DNA of 63,765 nucleotides, filler included, from Lama guanicoe (taxonomy: Eukaryota), in assembly GCA_013239625.1 (NCBI GenBank). It is 88 parts of 88 records of this genome, joined end to end, with 100 filler letters (N's around TTAATTAATTAA, not from the genome) between each part and the next. Parts side by side here need not be neighbours in the genome. Positions count along the whole stretch, not along the records: positions 62,701 to 63,449 come from PNXV01026412.1; positions 63,550 to 63,765 come from PNXV01026414.1; 86 more parts are not named here. One strand, 5' to 3'. The translations under genes and the position numbers were made by a program. Below the pieces are notes generated by a model. The model was not told the DNA's origin. It did not search any database and saw nothing but the letters and a program-made list of their open reading frames with translations. Shown one piece after another: positions 62,701-63,765 of this stretch; the first letter of the stretch is position 1; every line of letters starts with the position of its first letter.

Positions 62701-63449
62701 TGAGGAAATACCAGACTTCTCCAAAGAAGCTGCACCATTGTTCCTTTCCTCTGGCCGCAAATGCGGTTTCTCTACCTCCTGAATGACATTTGTTATTGTC
62801 CGTGTTTTGGTTATAACCATCCTAGTGGGTGTAAAATGAGATCTCATTTTAATTTTGATTTGGCTAGTGATGCTGAGCATCATTTCATATGCTTATTGGC
62901 CATTTGTATATCTATTTAAATTCGTGGTTAATTTAAAATTTGGGTCTATTTTCTTGTATTGTTCAGTTGTAATGATTTGTTATATATCCTGGATGCTGCT
63001 CTCTTATTAGATACATGCTTTGCAAAATTTTTCTTCTATTCTGCACATTGTCCTTTCACTATATTTTTTTTAAACTTTAAAACAATTTCTTTACAGGGGT
63101 GATAATTAGATGTATTGATTTATTTTATTTTTCTTGCTAAGCACACACTCTATCACTTGAGATACCCATTTCCCCTGTCATTTCACTTTCTTGATGATGT
63201 CCTTTGTAAGAAAAAGGTTTTAATTTTGATGAAGTCCAGTTTATCTGCTTTTTTCTTCTATCACTTGTGCTCTTGGTATTGTATCTAGGAAACCAAAGCC
63301 TATCCTAGGACCACAAATATTTATACTGTGTCTTCTTTCAGAAAGTTTATAGGTTTAACTTTTACATTTCTGACTGTGATCTATTTTGAATTAATTTTTG
63401 TTTGTTATATAAACTATGGGTGTTCAGATTCCAGATTGATTCTTTTGCC
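62701..63449 (-). mobile_element. LINE-1 ORF2 3' fragment interrupted by a SINE
   Basis: ccatcctagtgggtgtaaaatg...catatgcttattggccatttgtatatc...aaggttttaattttgatgaagtccagtttatc. Confidence 0.92.
63061..63175 (-). mobile_element. tRNA-derived SINE (internally deleted) inserted in L1, with TSD
   Basis: tgctaagcacacactctatcacttgagatacc...cccc head; TGTC(C/A)TTTCACT at 63049-63060 and 63176-63187. Confidence 0.75.
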
Positions 63450-63765
63450 NNNNNNNNNNNNNNNNNNNNNNNNNNNNNNNNNNNNNNNNNNNNTTAATTA
63501 ATTAANNNNNNNNNNNNNNNNNNNNNNNNNNNNNNNNNNNNNNNNNNNNGAGAGGAAAGCAAGTCTAAACTTCCTTTCCAGTTGGAAATGGAATGAAGAA
63601 TTAGCGTTGGAAGCCGGGAGAGTCTGTCCTGTGAAGAAGCGCTCTCCGAGCCACTTCCACTGGGACGTCACTTCCCTGTCTGGGCCCCTTGCTCAGCCTG
63701 TGCACAGGTGACAGTGCAGATGGGCTGAGCAGTCCTCCCGGACAGAGCAGTGGGTTGGAAATGAG

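Noticed and set aside
860..63549. Regularly recurring TTAATTAATTAA between unique segments, superficially CRISPR-like or a regulatory palindrome
   Set aside because: Embedded in 44+44 Ns in the copies counted; a six-frame-stop assembly linker. ORFs ending in 'LIN' are produced by it.

Overview
This is not a contiguous locus. It is about 88 short unplaced scaffolds/contigs (roughly 0.2-1.2 kb each) of a mammalian assembly, joined by an artificial 100-bp linker (N44-TTAATTAATTAA-N44, 87 copies counted). The tRNA-derived SINE and the L1 3' ends point to a camelid (inference from recalled repeat families). About 35 fragments are satellite DNA of three families: a 7-bp (AGAATAT)-based AT-rich satellite with a visible 126-bp higher-order repeat; a CpG-rich 267-bp satellite plus a CpG-depleted 267-bp sister subfamily; and a ~248-bp satellite plus a diverged relative arranged as a ~748-bp trimer. 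Five fragments tile a multi-copy element built on a decayed L1 5'/ORF1 segment. Two gene remnants absent from the ORF track are recognisable: a stop-containing HSFY exon-1 copy with its intron start (43221-43460, minus; suggests Y-ampliconic origin) and a degraded, intron-flanked ANO6-like exon (27270-27406). The rest is L1, MIR, LTR and SINE fragments and unique DNA with a few unassigned candidate exons. No intact gene, CRISPR array or prokaryotic system is supported, and adjacency across linkers has no biological meaning. Homology calls are by eye and from memory; no searches were run.
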